From Octopus sinensis (taxonomy: Eukaryota): 64,000 nt of DNA. The stretch spans positions 56,854,001-56,918,000 of the forward strand of contig NC_043001.1 of assembly GCF_006345805.1 (NCBI RefSeq), written 5' to 3'. A program made the translations under genes and the position numbers. Shown here one piece after another: positions 51,060 through 64,000 of the stretch (within the stretch, counting starts at the first letter, position 1; the number at the start of each line of letters is the position of its first letter). Below the pieces are notes generated by a model. It did not search any database, was not told the DNA's origin, and saw nothing but the letters and a program-made list of their open reading frames with translations.

Positions 51060-52840
51060 CCAAAATGACCTGTAAGATGAGGTAACGAAAATTAAAAGTA
51101 AGTTACCTGGTAACCTTTGTTTTGATTTTTGTTTATATTGCTGTTACTGTTAGACTTATATTCGTCCAGTATTTTGGGACTTAAAAGTCCCTCCATCAGA
51201 TTTTAACGAGCTTTCTTTGGATAATTCTTTTTTTAGCGCTTTTGATGCTTATTTCGCTTTCCTCGCTAATGCCGTCAATTGCTAATATAGTATTTTGCAA
51301 ATTAATTTTCTCTTTTCATTTTTTCATGAGATGTTTAATTTGTGTGCCTGTGAGTGTGTATGTTTATGTTAAGCACTCTGTGCTGAGTTCTAATCTATTA
51401 TTTATTTGCGGGTTGAATCTATGTATAAGCAAGGCTTCCTTAATTCTTAAGTTACCCACATTTCTATCACTGGCTTTAATGGTAACGGTAATATGTTAGT
51501 TGATGTTTCTACATTTGTCAATGTGTTTTTTGAATGAAGAAGCGCGTGTGTTGAGGTGCTCCTTAATGCGAGTGTGGAATGTTCGAGTCATGCTGCCAAT
51601 GTACAATTCCTTACATTTGCTGCATTCAATCCGGTATACCACATGTGTCCGCTGGCATATACTTGTATCTCGGCAGTTAGTTAGCGAGCATTAATTGTTG
51701 TTCCTGGACTGCTTTTTATGCAGGTATCCACGCAAAGAGCCGGAGCATGCTAACTGTATGTCCAGTCCTTCATTGCGAATAGCTGTGGTTATGCTTTCAC
51801 TGAAATGCGGTAATTTCATTAAGCAGCTGTTAGAAGATAGCTTACGTCTGCAGCAGCTTTAATTCTTACGTTGATTCATTGTGGATATTGGGTATCGTTC
51901 ATATTCAGTACATTTATGAAGTGTGCAGTGTAAGTGATCTGGTCTTCTGTCTTGCTACATTTATTCCTGATACGCATAAGTTAATTTCTTATGTATCCAG
52001 TTTTAGCTCCAAGGGGCAGGGCTGATGCACAAACAATTCTCTGCTGGCAGCTCTCTTATAGAAGTTGGTGTATATAATACCTTCATCAGTTATTCTAAGC
52101 TGGAAGTCTAGCAGAAACAAGGAACCATTTTTATCGGGGTTTTCGGTGGTAAATCGTATTGTGTTATGTACGTTTGAAAATGTCGTTGATACTTTGTCGG
52201 CCTCTTCACGGGATGATGTGAGGATGAGTATATCATTTATGTATCGGGTGAAGAAAAGGCAGGAGCGGCAGGTGTTGAGCGCTAGACGTTCCAGTTGGTT
52301 CCTGTAGTTGATAGGTAGAAGGCTTGAATGACTGGATCCCATGGGTAGACCTATGGTGTGTATGTATGTGTGGTGGTAAAAAGTGAAATATTTATTTTCA
52401 ACGATGACTGATAGAAGCTGTGGTATGCCTTGTGGAGTGAAGTCAAAGCAGTATATGTTGTATGAAATGATACACTCAGTCACTAAGTTGACTGCTGGAT
52501 AAGCGGGTACTGTCGTGTAGAGGGAGACAACGTTGAGACTAAAGGCATATCTGTTGAGTATCACTTGGTCAGGTTGTATTTGATATAGTCTTTATATGAC
52601 CTCGTCGTAGCGGCTGACATGTCCAGGAAAAGTAGCAAGTATAGGCTTCAGGAACCAGGTGATTTTATAGAGGAGTCCTTCTATACCGGAGACAATTGGT
52701 CTAATCCGTAGATTCAAACTGGTTTTGTGGGTTTTAATGTGGTGGTAGAATGTTGGTAGTCTGCTTTTCCTGGTGGTGAGGTTGTGTTTATATTTGTTGG
52801 GTAGTTCTCTACGTCTCCAGATATCCGTCTGCTTCAAGGA
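51060..52840 (-). mobile_element. Penelope-like element, RT + GIY-YIG endonuclease + 3' UTR (disrupted)
   Basis: Translates to KTHK..IRPIVSG, SLNVVSLYTTVP, GLPMGS, RYINDI, RFTTE..LFLLD, then C..C..HVVYRIECSKCKELYIGSMTR..RIKEH..LRIKEALLI..PQINNR, with a stop at ~51364. Confidence 0.92.
51164..51199 (-). ncRNA. Inactivated hammerhead-like motif in the PLE 3' UTR
   Basis: Minus strand reads CTGATGGA-GGGACTT-TT-AAGTCCC-AAAA-TACTGGAC. Stem II is a perfect 7 bp, but the core has an extra G, GAAA is changed to AAAA, and helix III is broken. Confidence 0.55.
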
Positions 52841-52867
52841 AACTATAACATTTTATTACACACGCAC

Positions 52868-52940
<73 letters not shown>

Positions 52941-54806
52941 CACATTAAGAACAGAACATAACCAACGAGTGAAAAATACGTAAACACAACGAGAGATTAG
53001 TACAGGACAAAATACCAAAATAAGTCTAAACCTTCCTCAGTTGTCGACTGTTTATTGCTCCCTATTTCGTTTTTTTAACAAGACAGAAAACTTCATATGA
53101 GAACAACATCCAGAAAATTTTAAAATATATAATTTTTGGAGGGTTAAGGCTTCGAACGAACACACGACACCAGAGTGGACATACGGAAAAAACAATGGAC
53201 AAAGACAGACATGAAGCCACCCCCCGGCATATATATATAAATATATATATGGTTACGTATGATTATATGTATATACATATCTACGTAGTATGTGTGTGTG
53301 TGTGTGTGTATGCGTGTGTTTGTGTTTGTGTACACAAATATCTGCCGGTCTGTTTTCTTCATCGTCATAAAAAACAATTTTCATGTTAATTGAATAACGC
53401 TGTTCTACAATTTCCAATGCGAAAAAACTTTTAAAGCTATCCGTATGAATATATAATCAATTTTTGTTAATGCTTGATTCATTTTATAATTTCTTCCAAT
53501 AGCATTTTGCTTTAATTGTTTTTTGGTACACGCGTAAATCTTTTTCTTTGACATTTCCTTTATTGTAGTTTTTCTGTCTTACTTTTTTTTTGTTCAGTTT
53601 CTATGTTTGTCCACCAACTTATTGAAATTTAATTGCAAACTGGATGTTTTCACACTTAATGCAGTAACCCCTATGAATTTTAATTAATTAACATTACAAT
53701 CATAGTGACAAAAACAATGATTAATTCTGGCCAAAAATGTAGATTCTACAAGGCTGATATTTTAATGACTTAAAACAAATTATATATGGAATGCAGTGAA
53801 AAGTACAGAAATAATCCACACATATTTCCATTATATTAAATCTCATCAGCGAATTCTAGGAAACGAGGGATTCCCCTCTTTTTCATTCGATCTACTAGAG
53901 ACATATTTTTCAGGAATCATAAAAGCCACTGTCTTATACTGAAATAGGCATAATTTCAGGAAAAATACTAATGCGGATTATCAAATATCATTTACTAACA
54001 AAAGGAAATTTAATTTCCAATGATTCACATATAAAACCAAATTTTAGCTCACTTAAGGATAAAATAAGTCAAAACCACCAAAATATGTTATATCTAAGAG
54101 AAAAACCGGAAATAATTTTGTTTAAAAGATATTTTCAAGTAAAGTAAGCATTTAGGAAAATTAAATATATAATTCTGTTAATCAACCTCAGCATCCTAAA
54201 ATCCTCTTTGATTTTAAGAAACAGCACAAAAGTTTTAAGAACTATGAAAATATGTGTTGTAAATTCTGTGAATTACATTTTCTGTTATCTGAATTCAGAT
54301 CGAGATAAAACAAATCATTATGTAAATAAAATATCTGTCACTTGGGAATAACATCCGGTATGTACACAGATAAAATTGAAACGTTTATTAACCAGTATAT
54401 GTTCTGTAATCCTAGAAGAATTTTAACATGTATGTTGAGAAGTAGATAGATTATAAGTGTATATAATATAAATGCTAGTTTAATTAATCCATATTGCACT
54501 GTACAGCATCTGTAGATAACCCGCGGATTTGGCTTTTCACTGAGAGATAATGAACATATTTATATCATTGATATGTGTATCTCTCGTTAGAAAGCCAGTG
54601 TGGGATCGGATTATCAAGAAGAAAATCATTTCTAGTTTACTATATTATTTCATGGTTAAACAAAAATATGTAAATTATTTTCATGTAGCAATAAGTAAAC
54701 TAGACTCTGCAAATGTTCGCGAGTATATTTTCATGTCAGTTTTACACTTTTGTAATGAAACTTTCAATAATGTAAAATATGAGCTATAAAGTGACGATGG
54801 AAATAC

Positions 54807-54916
<110 letters not shown>

Positions 54917-55885
54917 TATATATGAAATAGGAATGATTCACAATTAGCTATATTCAGAAATAATATATTTTGCACTATGTAAGTTGAAGCCTAACATTCC
55001 AGACTGGAACAATTTACTGATAATCAATATCATAGAAATAACATTAAATTAAAGAACACTAAATTTTAATAAACCTGATACATGTTACTAGACGTAAAAG
55101 AGTCTCAATGCAATGCCACAAACACACACATACACACACACATTCTCTCACACACATTCACACACACAAACGCATACACAAACACACACACACACACACA
55201 CATACACATATATCCACACACGCACACACTATTGCTAATACTTTGCACACAACTATTTTGGAATGGCGAATCCATCTTTGACTATACCTGTTTCACTGGT
55301 TTTAGCTCTTTTATTGAATTCCCAACCTGAAACTTTTACAAATCTTGCTCTAACCGTGGACTTGATCTTACCGAGGCAAGCCAACACCATTTTTGTGCTA
55401 TTCCACGGTGGAAAAGGTATAGATTTGCATTAAACACTAACGTAATTTTATATAAATCTTACATGCCGTGCAGAAAACAGTTGCTATTTTACTTCCATGG
55501 TTATGTTCTTGATATTTAGGAAATTATAATAGCTGTAAACATTGTGCAAGTATCCATGAGAATAAATATCATTTGAACATGAGTTTTGTAAGTAATTATC
55601 TGCCATATGCTGCCATGAAAAATTGCTGCAAATATTTCAAAAGAAAAGTGTTTATATATTTGGCATATAATTCAATTATATGTATTCAGGATAACAAACA
55701 GAGCTACTCAATATTTTGTTTGATTTGCTAGTTCGATAGAAAGATTTTTCACAATAATAATAAAATCAAACAAAAGACAGTTATGAAATGTTTACTATCG
55801 ACAAGAACTGAACGTGTAATACCATCGTATTGTATTCTGCTTCTACACACGACAAATGATACAGCAATAAAGCTAACATTCCGGC

Positions 55886-55917
<32 letters not shown>

Positions 55918-56007
55918 TTTCCATTTGCTATGGAATTTGGAATATTCTGTACGTAGAGAACTATTTAATTGTATGAAAGAAATAAAAGCTAAGGAAGTGT
56001 TCATAAT

Positions 56008-56064
<57 letters not shown>

Positions 56065-56094
56065 TATATACATATAAATATATATATATATACA

Positions 56095-56127
<33 letters not shown>

Positions 56128-57247
56128 GTCATATTTATATATGTATATGTATGTATATGTGTGAATGTATGCGTTTATGTGTGTGTGGCGGGGCGTGTTG
56201 TGCGCGTGTGCGTGCTTGTGTATACATATATATACATATATATATGAATATATGTGTAAATATATGTATATATATCTCATTATTATATGTATATATATAT
56301 ATTTATATATATATATATATTATTATATGTGTATATATATAATCGTACATATGCACACAGCGCATATATATATATTCATACGCACACATATACATACATT
56401 TATACATGCGTGCATATTACATTCATAAGGACACATTCCTATGAATAATGATATAAATGGTGACAGAAGTGTATCCACAAATAATACATGGGAATATTAT
56501 TATAAATGACGATTCACCGTTTATTCTCATCAAGATCAATTTGTTTTGTTCATGTGACTGGAAATGTAGGAAGCTGAAAGAGCAATCTGCCTTTGCTCAC
56601 AGGGACATAAAACTATTCTCATCAGCCAAATTCGATCTGTGAAACTGATAAAAATTATTATCTACTCATTTTGTACTGTTGAAGTGTGCCATTATAAGAA
56701 AAGTCTTATTCGAATATTTGACCTCTATGTAATCGTGCTCCTTTCTACAGCTATGCTCTGACTGATTTATTACCAACTAATTGCACATATGATGTGACAT
56801 TATAGAACAAGCTGTTGCACTTATGCTATAAAACTGACTTATTCTGTATGCTCTTGTCCTTCAGCTTATGTTATCGAGTAGAGATTTTTACATTACGTAG
56901 CAAATTGGTAGGTTACTAAACCGAATGATTGCAAATAAGTTTAGCAAATCTATTATCATTGTTGCCAATAACATGATAACTTTCACTGCTATTTCCATGA
57001 AATATATAACCAATCACTAAATGTGCTACATTACTGGAGACACTAATAACTTGGTCAAATACTCTCATGCAAAATCAACCGATATAGACATAATGTGCTA
57101 TACAGAGATTTACACTGATTTACAGTGAGAGAAATATTGTTGAAGTGTTTAAGAACTGCAAATGTTTCAAACAATATAACGGAATTGATTGTTCTCGGGG
57201 AAGTTATGGACCTCCAAGACTAATATTTCCCACATACGTTACATAGA

Positions 57248-57293
<46 letters not shown>

Positions 57294-57376
57294 ATATATA
57301 TACATGTATATACACACACAAACATATATATATAAACATACATACATATATGTGAACATGTATATATGCAAACATG

Positions 57377-57420
<44 letters not shown>

Positions 57421-58000
57421 TTGGTGTGTGTCTGTAGAATATAGGCATAAACAGGCAAACAACAAGTCAGATTATAACATCTATATATTTAAACACAGAC
57501 CCAGCATAATTGTTGCATTGAATATCACAAGAGTTCAGATCACAAGACGTTGAAAAAAAGATCATTCGAGGGATGTTCATAACGTTTGGATTATGCTAGT
57601 TTTGCTTCGGAACAGTTATACGGTAAGTCCAAATTAGCGGTGTTATATATAATCATCGTATGTGGAATCCAAAGCTGGGTGAAAAGAAAGAAGAAAGAAA
57701 AGAAGACGCCTTCTTTTATCGACATTTGATATAAATGACTCTAACATGCAATTGTGACCCGATATTTTGGCAATATTTAAGTTTATAAATGTCATAATCG
57801 AATCTAATAACATTGTCTGACTGTTGATGCCTTTATGTTATCATACACTTACCTTTTTGAGTGAAACACTTCCCATAGCCAATCTTTATTGGGTAGCTAT
57901 AACATGACTGCTTTTTTAGCGGTAGCACAAGACTGGACACTGTATTGTATGCAATGATTTATATATATATATTATATATATATATATTATATATACATAC

Positions 58001-58061
<61 letters not shown>

Positions 58062-58221
58062 TGTGTGCATTTCTACACACACATATATATGTCTCATGAA
58101 ACATGTATATATTTTATTATGTAATGTATATATATATATGTGTGAAAATGCACAATATAATATTATATATATGTGATAATACTTGCATAACTTAAAATTA
58201 AATTTAAAAATAATAATAATA

Positions 58222-58284
<63 letters not shown>

Positions 58285-58478
58285 TAATAATAATATATGG
58301 TATATATATTATGATAATATATTGTAAATTAATAATCATAAGCAATAACATATATATACATATATATATATATATGGTTAAGAATTTAGTTAAAATATTA
58401 GCAGGGGAATTTCTAGCTTCTCCGATATAAACACATTTAATAATGCTGCCCCAATATATAACGAAGCTCTGTAGCCAT

Positions 58479-58538
<60 letters not shown>

Positions 58539-58589
58539 ATCTACCTATCAATGTATATATATGCGTATGAATATATATATGTGGCTTTA

Positions 58590-58899
58590 AATGGCACGCT
58601 GTCAGCTGCGACGACGAAGGTTTCAGTCGATCCGATCAACAGAACAGCCTGCTCGTGAAATTAACGTGCATGTGTCTGTGCACTGCACAGACACGTGTAC
58701 CCATAATGTAGTTCTGATGGAGATACAGCTTGACACAAGTCTGGACCTTTGAAATACAGGCACTACTCTCATTTGCTAGCTAAGTGAACTGGAGAAACGT
58801 GAAAGAAAGTGTCTAGCTCAAGCACAAAACGCGTTCCCAGCTATCGAACTCACAACTTTACGATCGTGAGCCGAATATGCTAACCGCTAAGCCATCCGC
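58590..58899 (-). mobile_element. tRNA-derived SINE (family C)
   Basis: The minus-strand head has an A-box TGGCTTAGCGG and a B-box GTTCGATAGC at tRNA-like spacing, followed by a ~250-nt body. Confidence 0.8.
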
Positions 58900-59895
58900 A
58901 TTCTCTATATATATGTATGTATATGTATATATGTATGTGCACTCACGATCGTTTTTTTCAGTTTCTAGACCGTGTGGTGTGTTGTGTTTTTGAGCAAAAT
59001 ACTTCGTCTCACGTTGTTCTGTGACTACTTCGACACTAGACGCGTGGCGCACCATGCATCTATTCACGCAACTTTGATTAGATTGAGAAAGGGAGCTAAT
59101 GTAAAACACTTACCTTCGGTCACTATAAACAAGTCATTTGTGCAGCTCTTTCGGCAAAAGTTGAATACTCATGAGTCGTCTTCGACAGGAGAGTTCACAC
59201 AAACACAGATACACACGTATGTACGTATATAACTTATATACGCTCTTCGCTGCAATGAAACCTAGTAAAACGACGTGAAGTAGATTACACATTGTATTCA
59301 AGGCTAAAATTTAAATTATTAGTCCCATTTTACTAACGACCAAGCCACCTATGAAATACATTAAACAACATTGTATTTATGCGTAGGATACCCAAGAGCA
59401 GGAGTCTAAGAAACATGTTAACAAGTTGAAATGTTTATAAAAGCGAATATATATAATTGATCCTTATCACGTTTTTGTAATTTCATCTCTCTGACCTCCG
59501 AATTCTTATATCTCGAAGTCGGAATCTATTGCTCTTAGATTCCTGAAAGAATACGTTAGATAAAATTTCTGTTACATACATCATCAATGTGTCTTCTGGC
59601 TACTGAATGGTCAAGTATTTACGTCCTTTTCAACAATAAACTATCAATCTCTAAGCTATTAATTATTAAATGAACAATTTACAGAATTAAAACAATTACA
59701 TGAGCAGGATGAATCAAATCTAAAATGTTAAATATTTGTACTATTTATGTACAATCATTCTGTTTCCAAATAAAGAAGCTGAAAGGAATGAAAGAGATGA
59801 ACTGAAGGACGGGGCCTCTATACAAAAATGGAAATTTTAGAAGTGATGTGTCTGCATATATTCTTTTATTCTTTTACTTGTTTCAGTTATTTGAC

Positions 59896-59953
59896 TGGAT
59901 GTTACGATTGCAGTTCCATTCCTTGGATAATGAAACTGCAATTGTAACATCCA
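59896..59953. other. 25-bp near-perfect hairpin
   Basis: TGGATGTTACGATTGCAGTTCCATT / AATGAAACTGCAATTGTAACATCCA with an 8-nt loop, one G-U pair and one mismatch. Confidence 0.9.
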
Positions 59954-60058
59954 ACATATTTTAATTTTTATTCTCTTACTCCCCTTTATACGTCCTATCT
60001 CTCTCCCTTTCCAAAATAACTCTTCATACTGAACTCTATTATTTCCTTCTATATATAT

Positions 60059-60110
60059 CGTCTCTGATGATGGGATATCCTTTATATTCCTGAAACAGCT
60101 GTAAGATTAC
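60059..60110 (+). ncRNA. Compact type-I hammerhead ribozyme motif (family 2 helix III)
   Basis: CTGATGA is at 60064-60070. Stem II is GGGATAT/ATATTCC with a U-U at the base. GAAA is at 60092-60095, helix III is the palindrome ACAGCTGT, and the GUA triplet ends at 60103. Helix I is TCT/AGA. Confidence 0.65.
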
Positions 60111-60360
60111 GTTTCACTTTATAACTGTTCTAGAAATTTTACACTGACTTGGCTTTGTTTTCTCATTTTATTTAACATACACACACACACACACACACAA
60201 CACACACACAAATACACACACACACAAATACACAACACATACACAAATACACACACACACACACACAAATACACAACACATACACAAATACACACACACA
60301 CACAAATACATACACACACATATCATGGACTGTTCCGTAGTTAGACGACGTGTTCGGCAA

Positions 60361-63300
60361 TTTCTTGCCTAACAAACAGACAGATGATCTGTTTACAGTG
60401 ATCAAATGTTGTGTTCACTCCCTCCTTCTTGCCTAACAACCAGACAGATGATCTGTTTATAGTGATCAGATGTTTGTGTTCACTCCCTCCTTCTTGCCTA
60501 ACAACCAGACAGATGATCTGTTTATAGTGATCAAATGTTTGTGTTCACTCCCTCCTTCTTGCCTAACAACCAGACAGATGATCTGTTTATAGTGATCAGA
60601 TGTTTGTGTTCACTCGCTCCTTCTTGCCTAACAACCAGACAGATGATCTGTTTATAGTGATCAGATGTTTGTGTTCACTCGCTCCTTCTTGCCTAACGAC
60701 CAGACAGATGATCTGTTTATAGTGATCAGATGTTTGTGTTCACTCCCTCCTTCTTGCCTAACAACCAGACAGATGATCTGTTTATAGTGATCAGATGTTT
60801 GTGTTCACTCCCTCCTTCTTGCCTAACAACCAGACAGGTGTCTGTTTATAGTGATCAGATGTTTGTGTTCACTCCCTCCTTCTTGCCTAACAACCAGACA
60901 GATGATCTGTTTATAGTGATCAAATGTTTGTGTTCACTCCCTCCTTCTTGCCTAACAACCAGACAGGTGATCTGTTTATAGTGATCAGATGCTTGTGTTC
61001 ACTCCATCCTTCTTGCCTAACAAACAGACAGATGATCTGTTTATAGTGATCAGATGTTTGTGTTCACTCCCTCCTTCTTGCCTAACAAACAGACAGATGA
61101 TCTGTTTATAGTGATCAGAAGTTTGTGTTCACTCCCTCCTTCTTGCCTAACAACCAGACAGATGATCTGTTTATAGTGATCAGATGTTTGTGTTCACTCC
61201 CTCCTTCTTGCCTAACAACATGACAGATGATCTGTTTATAGTGATCAAATGTTTGTGTTCACTCCCTCCTTCTTGCTTAACAACCAGACAGATGATCTGT
61301 TTATAGTGATCAGATGTTTGTGTTCACTCCCTCCTTCTTGCCTAACAACCAGACAGATGATCTGTTTATAGTGATCAGATGTTTGTGTTCACTCCCTCCT
61401 TCTTGCCTAACAACCAGACAGATGATCTGTTTATAGTGATCAAATGTTTGTGTTCACTCCCTCCTTCTTGCCTAACAACCAGACAGATGATCTGTTTATA
61501 GTGATCAAATGTTTGTGTTCACTCCCTCCTTCTTGCCTAACAACCAGCAGATGATCTGTTTATAGTGATCAGATGTTTGTGTTCACTCCTCCCTCCTTCT
61601 TGCCTAACAACCAGACAGATGATCTGTTTATAGTGATCAGATGTTTGTGTTCACTCGCTCCTTCTTGCCTAACAACCAGACAGATGATCTGTTTATAGTG
61701 ATCAGATGTTGTGTTCACTCGCTCCTTCTTGCCTAACAACCAGACAGATGATCTGTTTATAGTGATCAGATGTTTGTGTTCACTCCCTCCTTCTTGCCTA
61801 ACAACCAGACAGATGATCTGTTTTAGTGATCAGATGTTTGTGTTCACTCCCTCCTTCTTGCCTAACACCAGACAGATGATCTGTTTATAGCGATCAGATG
61901 TTTGTGTTCACTCACTCCCCTCCTTCTTGCCTAACAACCAGACAGATGATCTGTTTATAGTGATCAGATGTTTGTGTTCACTCCCTCCTTCTTGCCTAAC
62001 AACCAGACAGATGATCTGTTTATAGTGATCAAATGTTTGTGTTCACTCCCTCCTTCTTGCCTAACAACCAGATAGATGATCTGTTTATAGTGATCAGATG
62101 CTTGTGTTAAACTCCATCCTTCTTGCCTAACAAACAGACAGATGATCTGTTTATAGTGATCAGATGTTTTGTGTTCACTCGCTCCTTCTTGCCTAACAAC
62201 CAGACAGATGATCTGTTTATAGTGATCAGATGTTGTGTTCACTCCCTCCTTCTTGCCTAACAACCAGACAGATGATCTGTTTATAGTGATCAGATGTTTG
62301 TGTTCACTCCCTCCTTCTTGCCTAACAACCAGACAGATGATCTTTTATAGTGATCAGAATGTTTGTGTTCACCTCCCTCCTTCTTGCCTAACAACCAGAC
62401 AGATGATCTGTTTATAGTGATCAGATGTTTGTGTTCACTCCCTCCTCTTCTTGCCTAACAACCAGACAGATGATCTGTTTATAGTGATCAATGTTTGTGT
62501 TCACTCCCTCCTTCTTGCCTAACAAACAGACAGATGATCTGTTTATAGTGATCAATTTTGTGTTCACTCCCCCTTCTTGCCTAACAACCAGACAGATGAT
62601 CTGTTTATAGTGATCAGATGTTTGTGTTCACTCCCTCCTTCTTGCCTAACAACCAGACAGGTGTCTGTTTATAGTGATCAGATGTTTGTGTTCACTCCCT
62701 CCTTCTTGCCTAACAACCAGACAGATGATCTGTTTATAGTGATCAAATGTTTGTGTTCACTCCCTCCTTCTTGCCTAACAACCAGACAGGTGATCTGTTT
62801 ATAGTGATCAGATGCTTGTGTTCACTCCATCCTTCTTGCCTAACAACAGACAGATGATCTGTTTATAGTGATCAGATGTTTGTGTTCACTCCCTCCTTCT
62901 TGCCTAACAAACAGACAGATGATCTGTTTATAGTGATCAGAAGTTGTGTTCACTCCCTCCTTCTTGCCTAACAACCAGACAGATGATCTGTTTATAGTGA
63001 TCAATGTTTGTGTTCACTCCCTCCTTCTTGCCTAACACCAGACAGATGATCTGTTTATAGTGATCAAATGTTTGTGTTCACTCCCTCCTTCTTGCTTAAC
63101 AACCAGACAGATGATCTGTTTATAGTGATCAGATGTTTGTGTTCACTCCCTCCTTCTTGCCTAACAACCAGACAGATGATCTGTTTATAGTGATCAAATG
63201 TTTGTGTTCACTCCCTCCTTCTTGCCTAACAACCAGACAGATGATCTGTTTATAGTGATCAAATGTTTGTGTTCACTCCCTCCTTCTTGCCTAACAACCA

Positions 63301-64000
63301 GACAGATGATCTGTTTATAGTGATCAGATGTTTGTGTTCACTCCCTCCTTCTTGCCTAACAACCAGACAGATGATCTGTTTATAGTGATCAGATGTTTGT
63401 GTTCACTCCCTCTTCTTGCCTAACAACCAGACAGATGATCTGTTTATAGTGATCAGATGTTTGTGTTCACTCGCTCCTTCTTGCCTAACAACCAGACAGA
63501 TGATCTGTTTATAGTGATCAGATGTTTGTGTTCACTCCCTCCTTCTTGCCTAACAACCAGACAGATGATCTGTTTATAGTGATCAGATGTTTGTGTTCAC
63601 TCCCTCCTTCTTGCCTAACAACCAGACAGATGATCTGTTTATAGTGATCAGATGTTTGTGTTCACTCCCTCCTTCTTGTCCTAACAACCAGACAGATGAT
63701 CTGTTTATAGCGATCAGATGTTTGTGTTCACTCCCTCCTTCTTGCCTAACAACAACCATGATCTGTAATAGTGATCAGATCCCCCCTCTGACACACCAGA
63801 CAGACACACACCCTCCTTCACCAAACCCAACAGACACCAAGATCAACCAAACCAGACAGATGATCTGTTTATAGTGATCAGATGTTTGTGTTCACTCCCT
63901 CCTTCTTGCCTAACAACCAGACAGATGATCTGTTTATAGTGATCAAATGTTTGTGTTCACTCCCTCCTTCTTGCCTAACAACCAGACAGATGATCTGTTT
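60361..64000. repeat. 65-bp satellite array (~56 copies, runs off the window end)
   Basis: The monomer is tttgtgttcactccctccttcttgcctaacaaccagacagatgatctgtttatagtgatcagatg, with cttgcc at 60428, 60493 and 60558 (period 65). Confidence 0.98.

Noticed and set aside
55280-56645. Short minus-strand exon-like pieces with GT/AG signals
   Set aside because: Joining them needs 43-45-nt introns and the peptides are too short to distinguish from chance.
60361-64000. CRISPR-like regular repeat array
   Set aside because: Monomers are contiguous and near-identical with no unique spacers, and there are no cas genes. It is a eukaryotic satellite.

Overview
AT-rich, repeat-dense eukaryotic genomic DNA with no prokaryotic features. 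The SINE families and very high (TA)n/(CA)n/(AAT)n density suggest an octopus or other coleoid cephalopod; this is an inference. Most ORFs in the supplied track are microsatellite artefacts. The window holds decayed transposons: Penelope-like elements (PLEs) of at least two motif styles, R4/Dong-like, RTE and L1/Tx1 LINEs, Tc1 and mariner transposases, a Helitron and tRNA-type SINEs. It also holds a chain of candidate minus-strand exons from an unidentified gene, and a 65-bp satellite with a ~1.82-kb higher-order repeat at the right end. The main discovery is a set of type-I hammerhead ribozyme (HHR) motifs with palindromic helix III. Four lie in a ~599-bp tandem repeat arranged as a divergent inverted array between two (TA)n tracts (1449-4051), which resembles a retrozyme or PLE pseudo-LTR. 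Two solo HHRs of another family lie at 6956-7066 and 60059-60110, and one inactivated HHR sits in the 3' UTR of a PLE (51164-51199). All calls were made by eye with no database searches or folding programs, and element boundaries are approximate.
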